From Nitrospira sp. (lineage in GTDB: Bacteria; Nitrospirota; Nitrospiria; SBBL01; JAADHI01): a DNA stretch of 64,000 nt. A program made the translations under genes and the position numbers. Positions 20,301 through 25,353 of the stretch are shown in pieces. Location of the stretch: the NCBI GenBank assembly GCA_027020665.1, contig JALUVJ010000093.1:5795-69794 (forward strand), written 5' to 3'. Numbering within the stretch: position 1 is the stretch's first letter; each line of letters starts with the position of its first letter. The notes under the pieces are model-generated. The model saw only the letters and a list, made by a program, of their open reading frames with translations, had not been told where the DNA came from and searched no databases.

Positions 20301-23300
20301 TGATCGTATCTTGCAGCGTGAGGGTGCCGCCGCCTTTGTTGATGACGATCGACGGTACGCCCACCGTGCCGCCGCCTCCACCCGCGTCCAGGGTTTGCGC
20401 CCCGCCGCCGTCGAGGGTGATATTCCCGTTGCCGCCGACGGTGCCGTCGGTCCCCGTGACATTCCCTGCCACGGTGAGCGTGCCATCGATCGACCCCACG
20501 CTGTTGATCGTGAGGTTGCCGTTCACATCCATCGTGCCGCTGATGTTGAAATTAAATCCGGCTTTCGTAAGCTGGACATGGTTAAATTGCTCAGAGCCGG
20601 TGCTGATATTCGAAGTGATCCCCGTCCCGTCAAAGTGCACCGTCCCGCTGTTGTGGACGAAACTGCCGCCGGAGATCGTGATGTCATCCACAATCGTCAT
20701 CGTGCCGGAGGTACTCGTAAAGCCGCCGCCGCCGACAATCAAATCACCGTTGATGTCGATAGCGACAGCGCCGCCGTTGAAGGTCCCGAGGCTTTCCATG
20801 TTGGTGGTCGTGACGTTGCCGCCCGGCGTGAAGCTGTGGCCGGAGGGAATGTAGAGTTCATCGCTCCCCGTCACACTCAGGTTCCCGCCGGAGACGGTGT
20901 AGCGGATATCGGTATCTCCATTCGTCGCCGTGCCCATGTCGGCGTTCGTGAGCGCACCCCCGTTGTCGTGGCGGACGACCACATGGTTTTGATAAATATT
21001 CAGGCCGGAGATCGCGCCGCCGTTGGAAACACTGACCGTCGTACCGAAGTTGCCGCCGTTGCTGTCCAGGTAGACCAAGAGCGTTTGACCCGTGTTGGGC
21101 GCGGCGTTGATCGTGTAGTTGCCGGAGCCGTCGGTCACCGCCGTACCCACGCTGCTGCCGTTGACCAAGAGACGCACGGTTTCGCCCACCATGGCGGTCG
21201 CTTCGTCATCGTTCGTGTACACGGTTCCGGAGATGGCGACGGTGAATCCCCAGTTCAGATTGTTCCCGCCGTCCGTGCTGCTGCTGTGCACAATCGTCAA
21301 GCCGCCGGAGGCGTCGCTGTCCGTGGGGCGCACGTTGTCGATGGCGAAGGTGCCGTTGGCCGTGAGGCCCCATTGGTTGCCGGGGCTGTCGGAAACAAGC
21401 AAAATGCGGTCGTCGGCATCGAGTCCATCCAAAGTCAACAAGCCGTTGATCGTCTGCGTCGCCGTGTTGTCGAAGGTGAGGGTGACGTCCGTCGCATCGT
21501 TCGTGCTTTCGGTTTTTGAAAAGTTGTTGAAGGTCGTGGAACCCGTCAGCGTTTGATTCGTGCCGTCGAAGACGACGGTGCCCGAACGCGGTGTAAACGT
21601 CCCGCCGTTGCTCCAATTGCCCGCGACGTTGACTGGGTAGTTCGTGCCGGAGACGTCCAAAGTCCCCGCCGTGATCGTGAGGTTGCCGTTGACGTCGAGG
21701 GCGGCATCGAGCGTCCACGTGCCGGAGCCGTTGAAGGTGAGCTTGGAATAGGCGTCGCCCGCGGCCAGGCCGGTGTAAGTGCCGCCGCCATCGTACAGCA
21801 CGGTGCTGCCCGTGTTGAGGGTGGTGGTTGTGGTTGTGACGGTTTCGCCGCCTTCCAATTGCAAAGTTTCGGTCGCCCCGACGGTCAAGACATCCGGCAC
21901 GGTGAGGTTGAAGCCGTTCAAATCCAGGGTGCCGCCGGACAGGGTGAGGTCTTGCCCCGCCGCATCCAACCCGGTCGTAAAGTTCGCTGTTAAAACCGCC
22001 GTGCCCGATGCTTTGTTGATGGTGAAGGTGCCGTCCGGCAGGTCGCCGGTCACGTTGATGTTTTGCGTGCCCGTGCCGTCGAGGGTGATCGCCGCCGTGC
22101 CGAAAATTTCAACATCGGCGGAGGTGAGATTGCCGGCCACGGTGAAGGTGCCGGTGTTGACCGCCTGGGCCGAGATGAAGGTGAGATTCCCGTCGATATT
22201 CATCGTACCGGTGACGGTGATGTCGAAAGCCCCTTTATCAAACTCCACATGATTAAAGGCCATCGCGCCCGAATTGATGCTGCTGGCCTGAGTTTCATTC
22301 TGTTGAAAACTCACCGTGCTGCTGCCAGCGTTCACCGTGCCCGCGGTGTAGGTCCAGTCGCGCTCGATCACGATGGTGTCCTGAAGGGTCACGGTGTCGC
22401 TTTTATTGATCGTCAGCGAGGGCAGACCCGCCGTACCGCCTCCCCCGCCCGCACCCACGACCTGCGCACCGCTGCCGTCCAGCACGATGACGCTGGTGCC
22501 GCCGACCACTGCATCCGTGCTGGTCACATTCCCCGCCACGTTGATGTTGCCGCCGAGGATTCTGTCCACACTGTTGATGACGAGGTTGCCGTTGACATCC
22601 AAGGCCCCCGTAATCGTCACCGGCGTCGCCCCTTTTGAGAAGGTGAGGTGATTCAACACGGTCGCACCAATATCCATCACCGGGGAGCCGATGCCCAGTC
22701 CGTCAATGTGGATTGTACCGTTGTTGTGTATAAAGCTACCGCCGGAAATGGTGAAGTCATCCACCACGCTCATCGTACCGCTTGTGGCAGTAAAGGTCCC
22801 GCCGCCGAGGATAAAATAATCGCTGATGTCGATCGTGATTGCGCCACCGTTGAAAGTGCCGCGGCTTTCCAGACTCGGTGTCGTGACATTGCCGCCCGGC
22901 GTGTAGCTGTGGCCGGCGGGCAGAAAGAGTTCGTGGCTGCCGGTCACGGTGAGGTTGTTGCTGCCGTCCACGGAATACTGAATATCCGCGTCCCCGTTGG
23001 TCGCGGTGCTCAGGTTGGCGTTTGAAAGCACGCCGCCGTTGTCGTGGCGGACGACGACATGGTTTTGATAAATATTTAAGGCCGAAAGTGTGCCGCCGTT
23101 TGAAACGGTGACCGTTGTGCCGTCTTCCGTTTCGTTGTCGAGATAGACGAGCAGGGTGTTCCCGGTATTCGGCGCGGCGTTGATCGTATAATTCCCGGAG
23201 CCGTCCGTCGTGGCGGTCAGGCCGCTGTCCGTGCCGTTCACAAGCAAGCGGACGAGTTTGCCGGTCAAGGGGGTCAACTCATCGTCGTCCGTGTAGACTG

Positions 23301-24906
23301 TGCCGGAAATCGTGGTGGGTGCAAAAATCCAGCGGGGGCTGGCCTCCGCATCGTCGTTTCCGCCGTTGTTTACGGCGTCGTTGGCCGTAATGTCTCCATC
23401 CGTCGCATCGGCGTCCTGCACATTCACAAATTGCACATCTTTCGTCACGGCGGCGGGCACACTGAGATTCCATCGTGTCGGACTACTGGAAGATCTCAGG
23501 CTCAGCAATTGCCCCGAGGCCCCTTTCAAGGTCAGCGAACCGCCGGTCGCGATCGTCTGCGTGCCGCTTGCGGGAAAGGTAAGCGTATCGGTGCTCGTCA
23601 CGGTTTTGTTGAGGTTGTAAAAGGTCGTCGATCCGCTGAGGGTCTGGCCCGTGCCGTCCAGATTTACCGTGGAGGTGCCTGCGTTGATCGTGGCGCCCCC
23701 GCTCGTCCAATCGCTCGACAGATTCACGGTCGCAGAACCCATGTTGACCGTGCCGCCCGTGAGATTGATGTTGTCATCCGCATCCAGGGTGTTCACGAGG
23801 TTGAGCGTGCCGGCGGATACCAACAGCCCGTCGCCGGTATTGGCGCCAATTTTATTTGCTCGGAAACTGCCGGACATGCCCAGGGTCAGTGTCGCGCTGG
23901 AATTGATGACCCGGATGCCGCCCCCGCCGTTCGGAATCGAACCCGTTCCATCGGCGCGTGTGCCGATGTAGTTGCCTTCGGCGGTGACGCTGCTTGAAAA
24001 TTGTGAGTCGAGGCCGACGGTCGCGTTTCCGGAGATCACATTGCCTTCGCCGACGGCCGAGCCGCCTAAGATGTTGTTGGTTGCATTAAAAAACGTAATG
24101 CCCTGATTGCCGTTGCCTAAGGCCGCGGTCCCGGCCGCGTTGGTGCCGATATAGTTCCCGATGATGGTCGCGGCGGTATCGATCAGCGGTCCGCCGCCCC
24201 ATACCCCGATATGAATACCCAAGTCCGTATTGCCCGAAACGACATTGCCCAGGCCCGCGCTGCTGCCGCCAACGGTGGCGCCGCTCGCGTGAATCCAGAT
24301 GCCGACCACGCTATTGCCCAAACCGCCCGTGCTGTTTTGGTCGGTCCCGACGTAGTTTCCCGTAATCGTCACGCCGCCGCCCGTGTAGTCGATGCCGGTC
24401 CCGTTCGATACAAGCACGTTGCCCTCGCCGGAAGGCCCGCTACCCGTGGTATTGTTGCCGCCGATTGTGATGCCGGTGCCGCTCGTGATCTCGATGGCGT
24501 CGTCCGTGAAATTCTGAATGCGAAGCCCCTTGACGACATTGTTGTTCGACGTGATGCTGATGCCGTCGGTCACCGTGCCGCCGCCGTCCAAAATGACCCC
24601 GGCGTTGGAGGCGTCGATCGTAACCGATCCCGCACTCATCGCGGGCAGGGCGCCGGATACGGTGATGGTCGCCGGGGAAGCTGTAGGAAAGGTCGTGGTA
24701 TTGAAAACGATGGTGTCGGTCGCGGCGGCTGCGGTCATGGCCTCGCGTAAGGAACAATCCGCATCGCAGGTGCCGTCGTTGGTATCTGCTGTTTTTGTGA
24801 CGGTCAGCGTCGCGGCCATTGCTTTTGAAGCAAACAAGGAAACCGTCAGCAATATGAAAATTAAAAAAAGCGGTGCTTTGATAATTTTGAAAACCTTTTT
24901 CAACAT
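8317..24906 (-). CDS. giant (5,529 aa) secreted repetitive surface/outer-membrane protein: CSLREA/beta-helix N-terminus, four beta-helix super-repeats, 3x157-aa repeats, Ig-like, DUF11-like, SdrD-B-like, OmpA-like, C-terminal barrel-like region
   Basis: A single ORF of 16,590 nt with no stop. It has a Sec signal peptide and Gly/Thr/Asn/Val-rich beta-helix-type repeats. Recognisable motif blocks are listed as sub-features. The sequence ends ...RGWFIRVQGKY with a terminal aromatic residue, typical of OMP barrels. Confidence 0.9.
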   Translation of the reverse strand: MLKKVFKIIKAPLFLIFILLTVSLFASKAMAATLTVTKTADTNDGTCDADCSLREAMTAAAATDTIVFNTTTFPTASPATITVSGALPAMSAGSVTIDASNAGVILDGGGTVTDGISITSNNNVVKGLRIQNFTDDAIEITSGTGITIGGNNTTGSGPSGEGNVLVSNGTGIDYTGGGVTITGNYVGTDQNSTGGLGNSVVGIWIHASGATVGGSSAGLGNVVSGNTDLGIHIGVWGGGPLIDTAATIIGNYIGTNAAGTAALGNGNQGITFFNATNNILGGSAVGEGNVISGNATVGLDSQFSSSVTAEGNYIGTRADGTGSIPNGGGGIRVINSSATLTLGMSGSFRANKIGANTGDGLLVSAGTLNLVNTLDADDNINLTGGTVNMGSATVNLSSDWTSGGATINAGTSTVNLDGTGQTLSGSTTFYNLNKTVTSTDTLTFPASGTQTIATGGSLTLKGASGQLLSLRSSSSPTRWNLSVPAAVTKDVQFVNVQDADATDGDITANDAVNNGGNDDAEASPRWIFAPTTISGTVYTDDDELTPLTGKLVRLLVNGTDSGLTATTDGSGNYTINAAPNTGNTLLVYLDNETEDGTTVTVSNGGTLSALNIYQNHVVVRHDNGGVLSNANLSTATNGDADIQYSVDGSNNLTVTGSHELFLPAGHSYTPGGNVTTPSLESRGTFNGGAITIDISDYFILGGGTFTATSGTMSVVDDFTISGGSFIHNNGTIHIDGLGIGSPVMDIGATVLNHLTFSKGATPVTITGALDVNGNLVINSVDRILGGNINVAGNVTSTDAVVGGTSVIVLDGSGAQVVGAGGGGGTAGLPSLTINKSDTVTLQDTIVIERDWTYTAGTVNAGSSTVSFQQNETQASSINSGAMAFNHVEFDKGAFDITVTGTMNIDGNLTFISAQAVNTGTFTVAGNLTSADVEIFGTAAITLDGTGTQNINVTGDLPDGTFTINKASGTAVLTANFTTGLDAAGQDLTLSGGTLDLNGFNLTVPDVLTVGATETLQLEGGETVTTTTTTLNTGSTVLYDGGGTYTGLAAGDAYSKLTFNGSGTWTLDAALDVNGNLTITAGTLDVSGTNYPVNVAGNWSNGGTFTPRSGTVVFDGTNQTLTGSTTFNNFSKTESTNDATDVTLTFDNTATQTINGLLTLDGLDADDRILLVSDSPGNQWGLTANGTFAIDNVRPTDSDASGGLTIVHSSSTDGGNNLNWGFTVAISGTVYTNDDEATAMVGETVRLLVNGSSVGTAVTDGSGNYTINAAPNTGQTLLVYLDSNGGNFGTTVSVSNGGAISGLNIYQNHVVVRHDNGGALTNADMGTATNGDTDIRYTVSGGNLSVTGSDELYIPSGHSFTPGGNVTTTNMESLGTFNGGAVAIDINGDLIVGGGGFTSTSGTMTIVDDITISGGSFVHNSGTVHFDGTGITSNISTGSEQFNHVQLTKAGFNFNISGTMDVNGNLTINSVGSIDGTLTVAGNVTGTDGTVGGNGNITLDGGGAQTLDAGGGGGTVGVPSIVINKGGGTLTLQDTISVHKDWTHTAGTVSAGTSTVSFNNDASAISGNISAPGMAFNNVIFDKGSSSLTVTGTMDIDGNLTISGLGNLNTGTVAVAGNLTTTDSAVGGDATVLFNGAGAQILGAAGGTGGLPSVDINKGGGTLTLQDTIHVSRNWTRTLGNVSAGSSTVSFNNDAGTQSTSVNSGTMAFNDVEFDKGGFSITVTGTMDINGNLTFTSASNVNTGTFTVAGNLTSADVEIFGTAAITLDGTGTQNINVTGDLPDGTFTINKASGTAVLTANFTTGLDAAGQDLTLSGGTLDLNGFNLTVPDVLTVGATETLQLEGGETVTTTTTTLNTGSTVLYDGGGTYTGLAAGDTYSKLTFNGSGTWTLDAALDVNGNLTITAGTLDVSGTNYPVNVAGNWSNGGTFTPRSGTVVFDGTNQTLTGSTTFNNFTKTESTNDATDVTLTFDNTATQTINGTLTLDGLDADDRINLVSDSPGTQWDLVLGASATKAIDFVDVQDSDAAGSNAAQLPVNPASSVDSGNNIQWFTGVTGTVYTDDDEATPLSGKVIRLLVNGASVGTAVTNGAGVYSIAATPSVGDTVLAFIDNETEDGTTVTVSNGGSFSNFNIYQNHVVTRQDNSGALTNANLSTATNGDTDIQYTVSGGNLTVSGNHELHVLTGHSFTPGGNVTAVDMDINGTFNPAAFAVNVSGNWDATGGVFTSTGTVTFNGTADQTITSGGAAFNHLTLNNTGGSGSDDVIIADALDINGNLTITDGDLDIGTNNPTVNTAGNVTIASNGSIDVTSRTADWTFDGTTTLSDSSGGGPQDLEDVVVNGTSLTLGASTKVQTLTVTAGTLDLGASGYTLEIDGTGTPLSNSGTFTAGTSTVQYTGTGAGVNIATLPYSSLRLTPTAATTYSLGAALSGVNGLSGNLNIDANATLNAAGFDIDVAGDWTNAGTLTSGANTVTFDGTGTQSITSGGSTFNNLTITNASNVVTFSDALSTGNFTAVTPNTQLRFTGGTTNTISGTLNLNGQAAGTEVVLRSTNASQYVLDVTGGAQTVSFVDVQYSDAGTNNITANLSTNSGNNDDAAASPHWIFSVQITGTVYTDEGTTPIADGAIVRLLVNGVSVGTDTTTTGAYAIPSGALSAGDAILVYIDNHASDGVAVTVSDGTALAGFDIYAGHVIARHDNSRSLSNANMDTALGAFSDTDLLYSVASGNLTVSGAGTELYIPLNHSFTPGGNVTTPAMENLGTFVGGSGTIDVNGALQLTAGAFTATSGTLSIGTGFTISGGTFTHNAGTVAFDTGSATINIGSAILNDLSLAIGTGTLTVTGTVDVDGDFAVTSLAGIDGGTIAVAGNATSTDTDIVGTATILLDGGGNQTLGVLSSTGDFPNIAINKTGGTLTLEGTIETADWTYTAGTVNAGTSTVRFDAFYPHTISSGAMRFNDVELSNNGNAVTIVGTMDINGNLTLSDAGNISGGTMTVAGNLTSADAAVDGTTAVTLDGTGTQNINVTGDLPDGTFTINKTSGTVILLANFATGLDGAGQDLTISQGTLDLNGFNLTVPDVFTVNAAGTLQLEGGETVTTGTTTLNSGSTVLYDGGGTYAGLAAGNSYANLTFNNAGGTWAQNAALDVNGNLTITAGTLNSAGNAITLAGNWSNSGTYASGANTVTFDGGNQSLAGSTTFNHFSKIDSANDATDLTLTFDNTATQTINGTFTINGLDADDRINLVSDSPGNPWSLVLGAGAVKSVDFVDVQDSDAAGSDAALIPVNPTNAIDSGNNIQWFGTAVAATSAAVEISPNAVAVGSTGNAFTYDLLPTIGGSDTGIDQIILSVPAGYGNLVLNGVSVGGTAQIPDCVGLGAGEYCASISGQVITVTLGTKVTTTLSNIRLTLTADAPTTVGGADFTSTFDDTSTGVAAQAAAAGNADGDAGDNNSITVQVVGRAVTSVLAEVSPNAVPINSTGNSFAYDMLPTINAGDTGINQIALTVPAGHSNLSVTGVSVGGTAQTAGSGCPTPAAGEYCSTVSGQVITLTLGTAVTTSLTNIRITFTADAPSTVGSGNVTATVDDAATITAAQAITAGNADGDAADADSIAVATGDLAATSALSEISPNTVVMSTTTRAFILDILPAINAADTGIDQLELTAPSAYANLNVTGVSVAGANQTASITCPTPGAGEYCAGVSAQVMTVTLGSKLLTSSSNVQIRFTADTPGVSDSASFLAKFNDTATAAVAPQSAAEGNADGDSEDANSLSVTVQSIDTAQSLVSAAPSLIEIDRDGDGNPYSTITITPKDPAGLDLGSGLNVVISVVEAAAPSGKPAGVKEAAGDPFGSMTAVVDNGDGTYSAQLSSAISGIAAVNATVNGVLLQSAQTVTFTAGEVLKISKTANKKSAVIGDVITYEVAIQNTTTQDVSSVTLNDKIPPGFKYLQGSSLVNGQPAADPSGNQTRAFNLGTIAAWVDQNGNGLADTGDAGNITLSYQLVIGSGVKPGAHVNLAQAVDFAAISNQSRVKVRVDYDPIFDLSTVIGKVFFDKNQNGYQDRGEAGIAGVRVALDNGTYVVTDDAGRYHFPGVKPGQRLLKIHTATLPPGTTVTTEEARIAEVSRGLLTKVNFGVVYDIETEHIGRPGKEGLAVSPQLEIEPTQITGHLQAMQVLVNGDDVKLPVNQAHLGVSEIKEVVEIIGENLIQPILFSIVPEMPDRVKSWRLEIKDAEGGIFRLLQGQGAPPEEIRWDGKDAAQKLMEGGAVYSYQFKVDYKDGSAAASTRRLFGVNKTSAVSLNLLGSAFAVGSAEINEKTEKVLDELAETLKKYPNEPITIEGHTDNTGNDDFNLQLSKARAETAMHYLVEKKAIDKKRFSLKWFGEGKPIASNGVEEGRAVNRRVEIVGTIKEVKTAKIFNHPRSEAVMRINGLPVETETGDRFSTKLRQDVETLILEMAGSGGEVLKTTLIFPKVEILAPAGQEILVFGEPNARYLALPLPKGGEKTAGLPVASYRLQGKTEAENQVWVDGKAVKVGMEGRFETDILLKIGENLFTIVAANPQRVSRMMTLKIHLSDKDEQGRVMMAIKPIPQISVLLPPKGKVLSHTQLPLRGMTDPGNAVWVNETKIAVAENGTFSTRAELQSGKNTLVIKVVDAEGYSSRIEREVTVNEAPFFLMALADGEFGRISTSGYLEGAGADQRKDYYAKGRLAYYLKGKILGKYLITSAFDTGKNEFERMFQNLNQAETDRFFTNIDPDKFYPVYGDESTIVYDAQSRGKFYLAIEGEDLNVLVGNYKTDLNDTELAAFNRTLYGARAEYRSLSKTRYGAHDTKVIVFGAEVRQAHVQNTFRATGGSLYYLSEKNVIEGSEQVRIEVRDQNTGLVLAKIDQVRDADYSFKYEEGRILFRRPISGVVSNDLLLAQASLQGHPVFVLVDFEYEAQNFDKRAVGGRVRQQVGDHLAIGGTAIEDAAEAGDYALKAADAELRLGRDTTLVGEYAQSRGKNSATLISEDGGISFTPLAATVADSGSAYKAAVRSNLSEWFGAKARLLGNAYYKRLSPGFFSNGTLLEQGTLKYGGGLKAVLNKQDTLRLRYDFQEVIANANAVSANQVGAKQVLMKELEYGHRRGPFLFTAGFQDKRIDEGGGVSKVEQQLAGAVNWQVHERFSALLKHQQLIRGADRYRSTLGLKAGLADWLDGVAEGSFSNAADTALLGLSARIDDRSTLYINETFKKKEGEEATWASVAGGDRMLTPRLKLYGEYGEERGPINQTRSLWGLDQRFGDDKKWKINLNYERSYLKGLTRNTTRDAAALSLRYLRPDGSRSAHRVELRLEKGTDKKIHRLTTHQGELKILSGLTLFGKFNFSDTKNRTQNRLEARFTEAGGGVAYRPIAFDRVNFISKYTFLMDQKPDASGPMLKTASHVTSVEIIYDISRYFQWVEKYAVKLKKERQSPRPDLKSRTDLWINRLNFHVTKRWDIAGEYRILKQFQANDQLEGYAVEVNRALAKHFRFGVGYNFSRFTDNEFSDNNYDARGWFIRVQGKY
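8320..10940 (-). other. C-terminal ~870-aa region with outer-membrane beta-barrel character
   Basis: Starting at APFFLMALADGEFGR there are long runs of alternating hydrophobic/polar short strands rich in Y/G/R/D/N. There are no repeats or Cys. It ends with FIRVQGKY. This is an inference from composition only. Confidence 0.5.
11728..12040 (-). other. OmpA-like peptidoglycan-binding domain embedded in the giant protein
   Basis: LDELAETLKKYPNEPITIEGHTDNTGNDDFNLQLSKARAETAMHYLVEKKAIDKKRFSLKWFGEGKPIASN....GRAVNRRVEIV is a canonical OmpA_C motif set (TD..G....N..LS..RA, NRRVE). Confidence 0.85.
12637..12815 (-). other. SdrD B-like / Cna-B-type domain
   Basis: GKVFFDKNQNGYQDRGEAGIAGVRVALDNGTYVVTDDAGRYHFPGVKPG is the classic G.V..D.N.NG..D.GE.G..GV.V.L......T.TD..G.Y.F signature. 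Confidence 0.7.
12878..13246 (-). other. DUF11-like (conserved repeat) domain
   Basis: LKISKTANKKSAVIGDVITYEVAIQNTTTQDVSSVTLNDKIPPGFKYL...ITLSYQLVIG matches the DUF11 pattern as I remember it. Confidence 0.6.
13615..15027 (-). repeat. three tandem coding repeats of about 157 aa with a conserved Cys pair
   Basis: Units start near nt 15027, 14555 and 14085 (..E[IV]SPN.V.......F..D.LP.I...DTGI[DN]Q..L..P....NL...GVSV.G). Each contains C....AGEYC...S.QV.TVTLG. Confidence 0.85.
18970..19689. repeat. 720-bp near-identical intragenic repeat, copy A
   Basis: It aligns without gaps to 21442-22161 at an offset of exactly 2472 nt. I counted 17 mismatches by eye (about 97.6% identity). The flanks diverge sharply. 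Confidence 0.9.
21442..22161. repeat. 720-bp near-identical intragenic repeat, copy B
   Basis: Partner of 18970-19689. A third, much more diverged copy lies at about 15240-15960. Confidence 0.9.
23317..24813 (-). other. N-terminal CSLREA motif plus parallel beta-helix (PbH1-like) region
   Basis: DGTCDADCSLREAMTAAAA carries CSLREA at nt 24739-24756, the signature that names the TIGRFAMs CSLREA N-terminal domain (from memory). It is followed by repeated GNxIGxxxxGxGNxxxGI turns typical of right-handed beta-helices. Confidence 0.6.
24814..24906 (-). other. Sec signal peptide of the giant protein
   Basis: MLKKVFKIIKAPLFLIFILLTVSLFASKAMA|ATLTV has a basic n-region, a hydrophobic core and an AxA cleavage motif. 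Confidence 0.8.
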
Positions 24907-25037
24907 TCAAACCTGTTTCTAAATCAGTGCCAAGGCGCCCACGGGATTCTACGGTTTGTATGGCTTGGATTTTCTCCTTGCGCTTCCTAGCAATGAAGCC
25001 CGCTTCAGGGCGCACCAGTGGCATCCTAATGATGGTT

Positions 25038-25053
25038 TGCAGAAACGGGGCCA
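25038..25053 (-). promoter_or_regulatory. weak candidate sigma54-type -24/-12 element upstream of the giant gene
   Basis: The minus strand reads TGGCCCCGTTTCTGCA versus the consensus TGGCACG-N4-TTGCW, with GG and GC at the correct 10-nt spacing and 13 of 16 positions matching. It lies about 135 nt upstream of the ATG. No enhancer-binding protein gene is nearby. Confidence 0.2.
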
Positions 25054-25242
25054 AAGCCCAAGAAGCATTTCTAATCTTGCCCAACGTTAAAGATCCGGGG
25101 CAAAACGGCGAACGCTCAGGGGCAATCCGGCACAAGTGATTGATTTAAAAGGGAATACCTAGGAGATGATGACAGAATAAAGCTGAGGAAACTTCAGGTA
25201 AAAAATTTCTCATAAAGAAAGAGGGCTTAAAAAGGTTTCATT

Positions 25243-25281
25243 TTGACGCAAGTGTGACAAAACTTGTCACACTTGCGTCAA
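25243..25281 (-). terminator. 17-bp perfect stem-loop downstream of msrB (probable terminator; also sits in the upstream region of the giant gene)
   Basis: TTGACGCAAGTGTGACA (25243-25259), a 5-nt loop, then TGTCACACTTGCGTCAA (25265-25281). On the minus strand a TTTTT run follows about 10 nt after the stem. Confidence 0.55.
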
Positions 25282-25353
25282 GAACCCATCGGTCAGGAAT
25301 CACTTTTTCCTTAAATATTCATCCCTTGGATGTGATACCCGGATACCGGCCGG

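Larger units (their letters stand above)
15028..23316 (-). repeat. four coding super-repeats (about 553-826 aa each) inside the giant gene
   Basis: Each unit starts with [IV][ST]GTVYT[DN][DE].. ... [VI]RLLVNG... (unit starts at nt 23316, 21235, 18755, 17096). This resembles a CarboxypepD_reg-like module. A long beta-helix-like block follows, and each unit ends in the motif V.F[VI][DN]V[QR].[ST]DA......GNN..W.F. Confidence 0.85.

Noticed and set aside
15325-21519. Very long plus-strand ORFs (for example 15325-16272, 17854-19521, 20278-21519, up to 555 aa) running antisense to the giant gene.
   Set aside because: - They are mirror frames of a Gly/Thr/Asn/Val-rich repetitive coding sequence whose reverse complement rarely forms stop codons.
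- Their translations are Arg/Ala/Gly/Val-rich low-complexity strings with no motifs.
- They break up wherever the sense-strand repeats change, whereas the minus frame stays open for 16.6 kb.
13600-23320. Regularly spaced repeats that could be mistaken for a CRISPR array or a satellite.
   Set aside because: - The units are 470 to about 2500 nt, lie in frame inside one ORF, and are conserved at the protein level.
- There is no short repeat/spacer structure and there are no cas genes.
24440-25135. A 231-aa minus-strand ORF overlapping the 5' end of the giant gene in another frame and extending upstream.
   Set aside because: - It is an alternative frame of the same repetitive DNA, rich in Arg/His/Gly.
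- The giant ORF's own start gives a textbook signal peptide.
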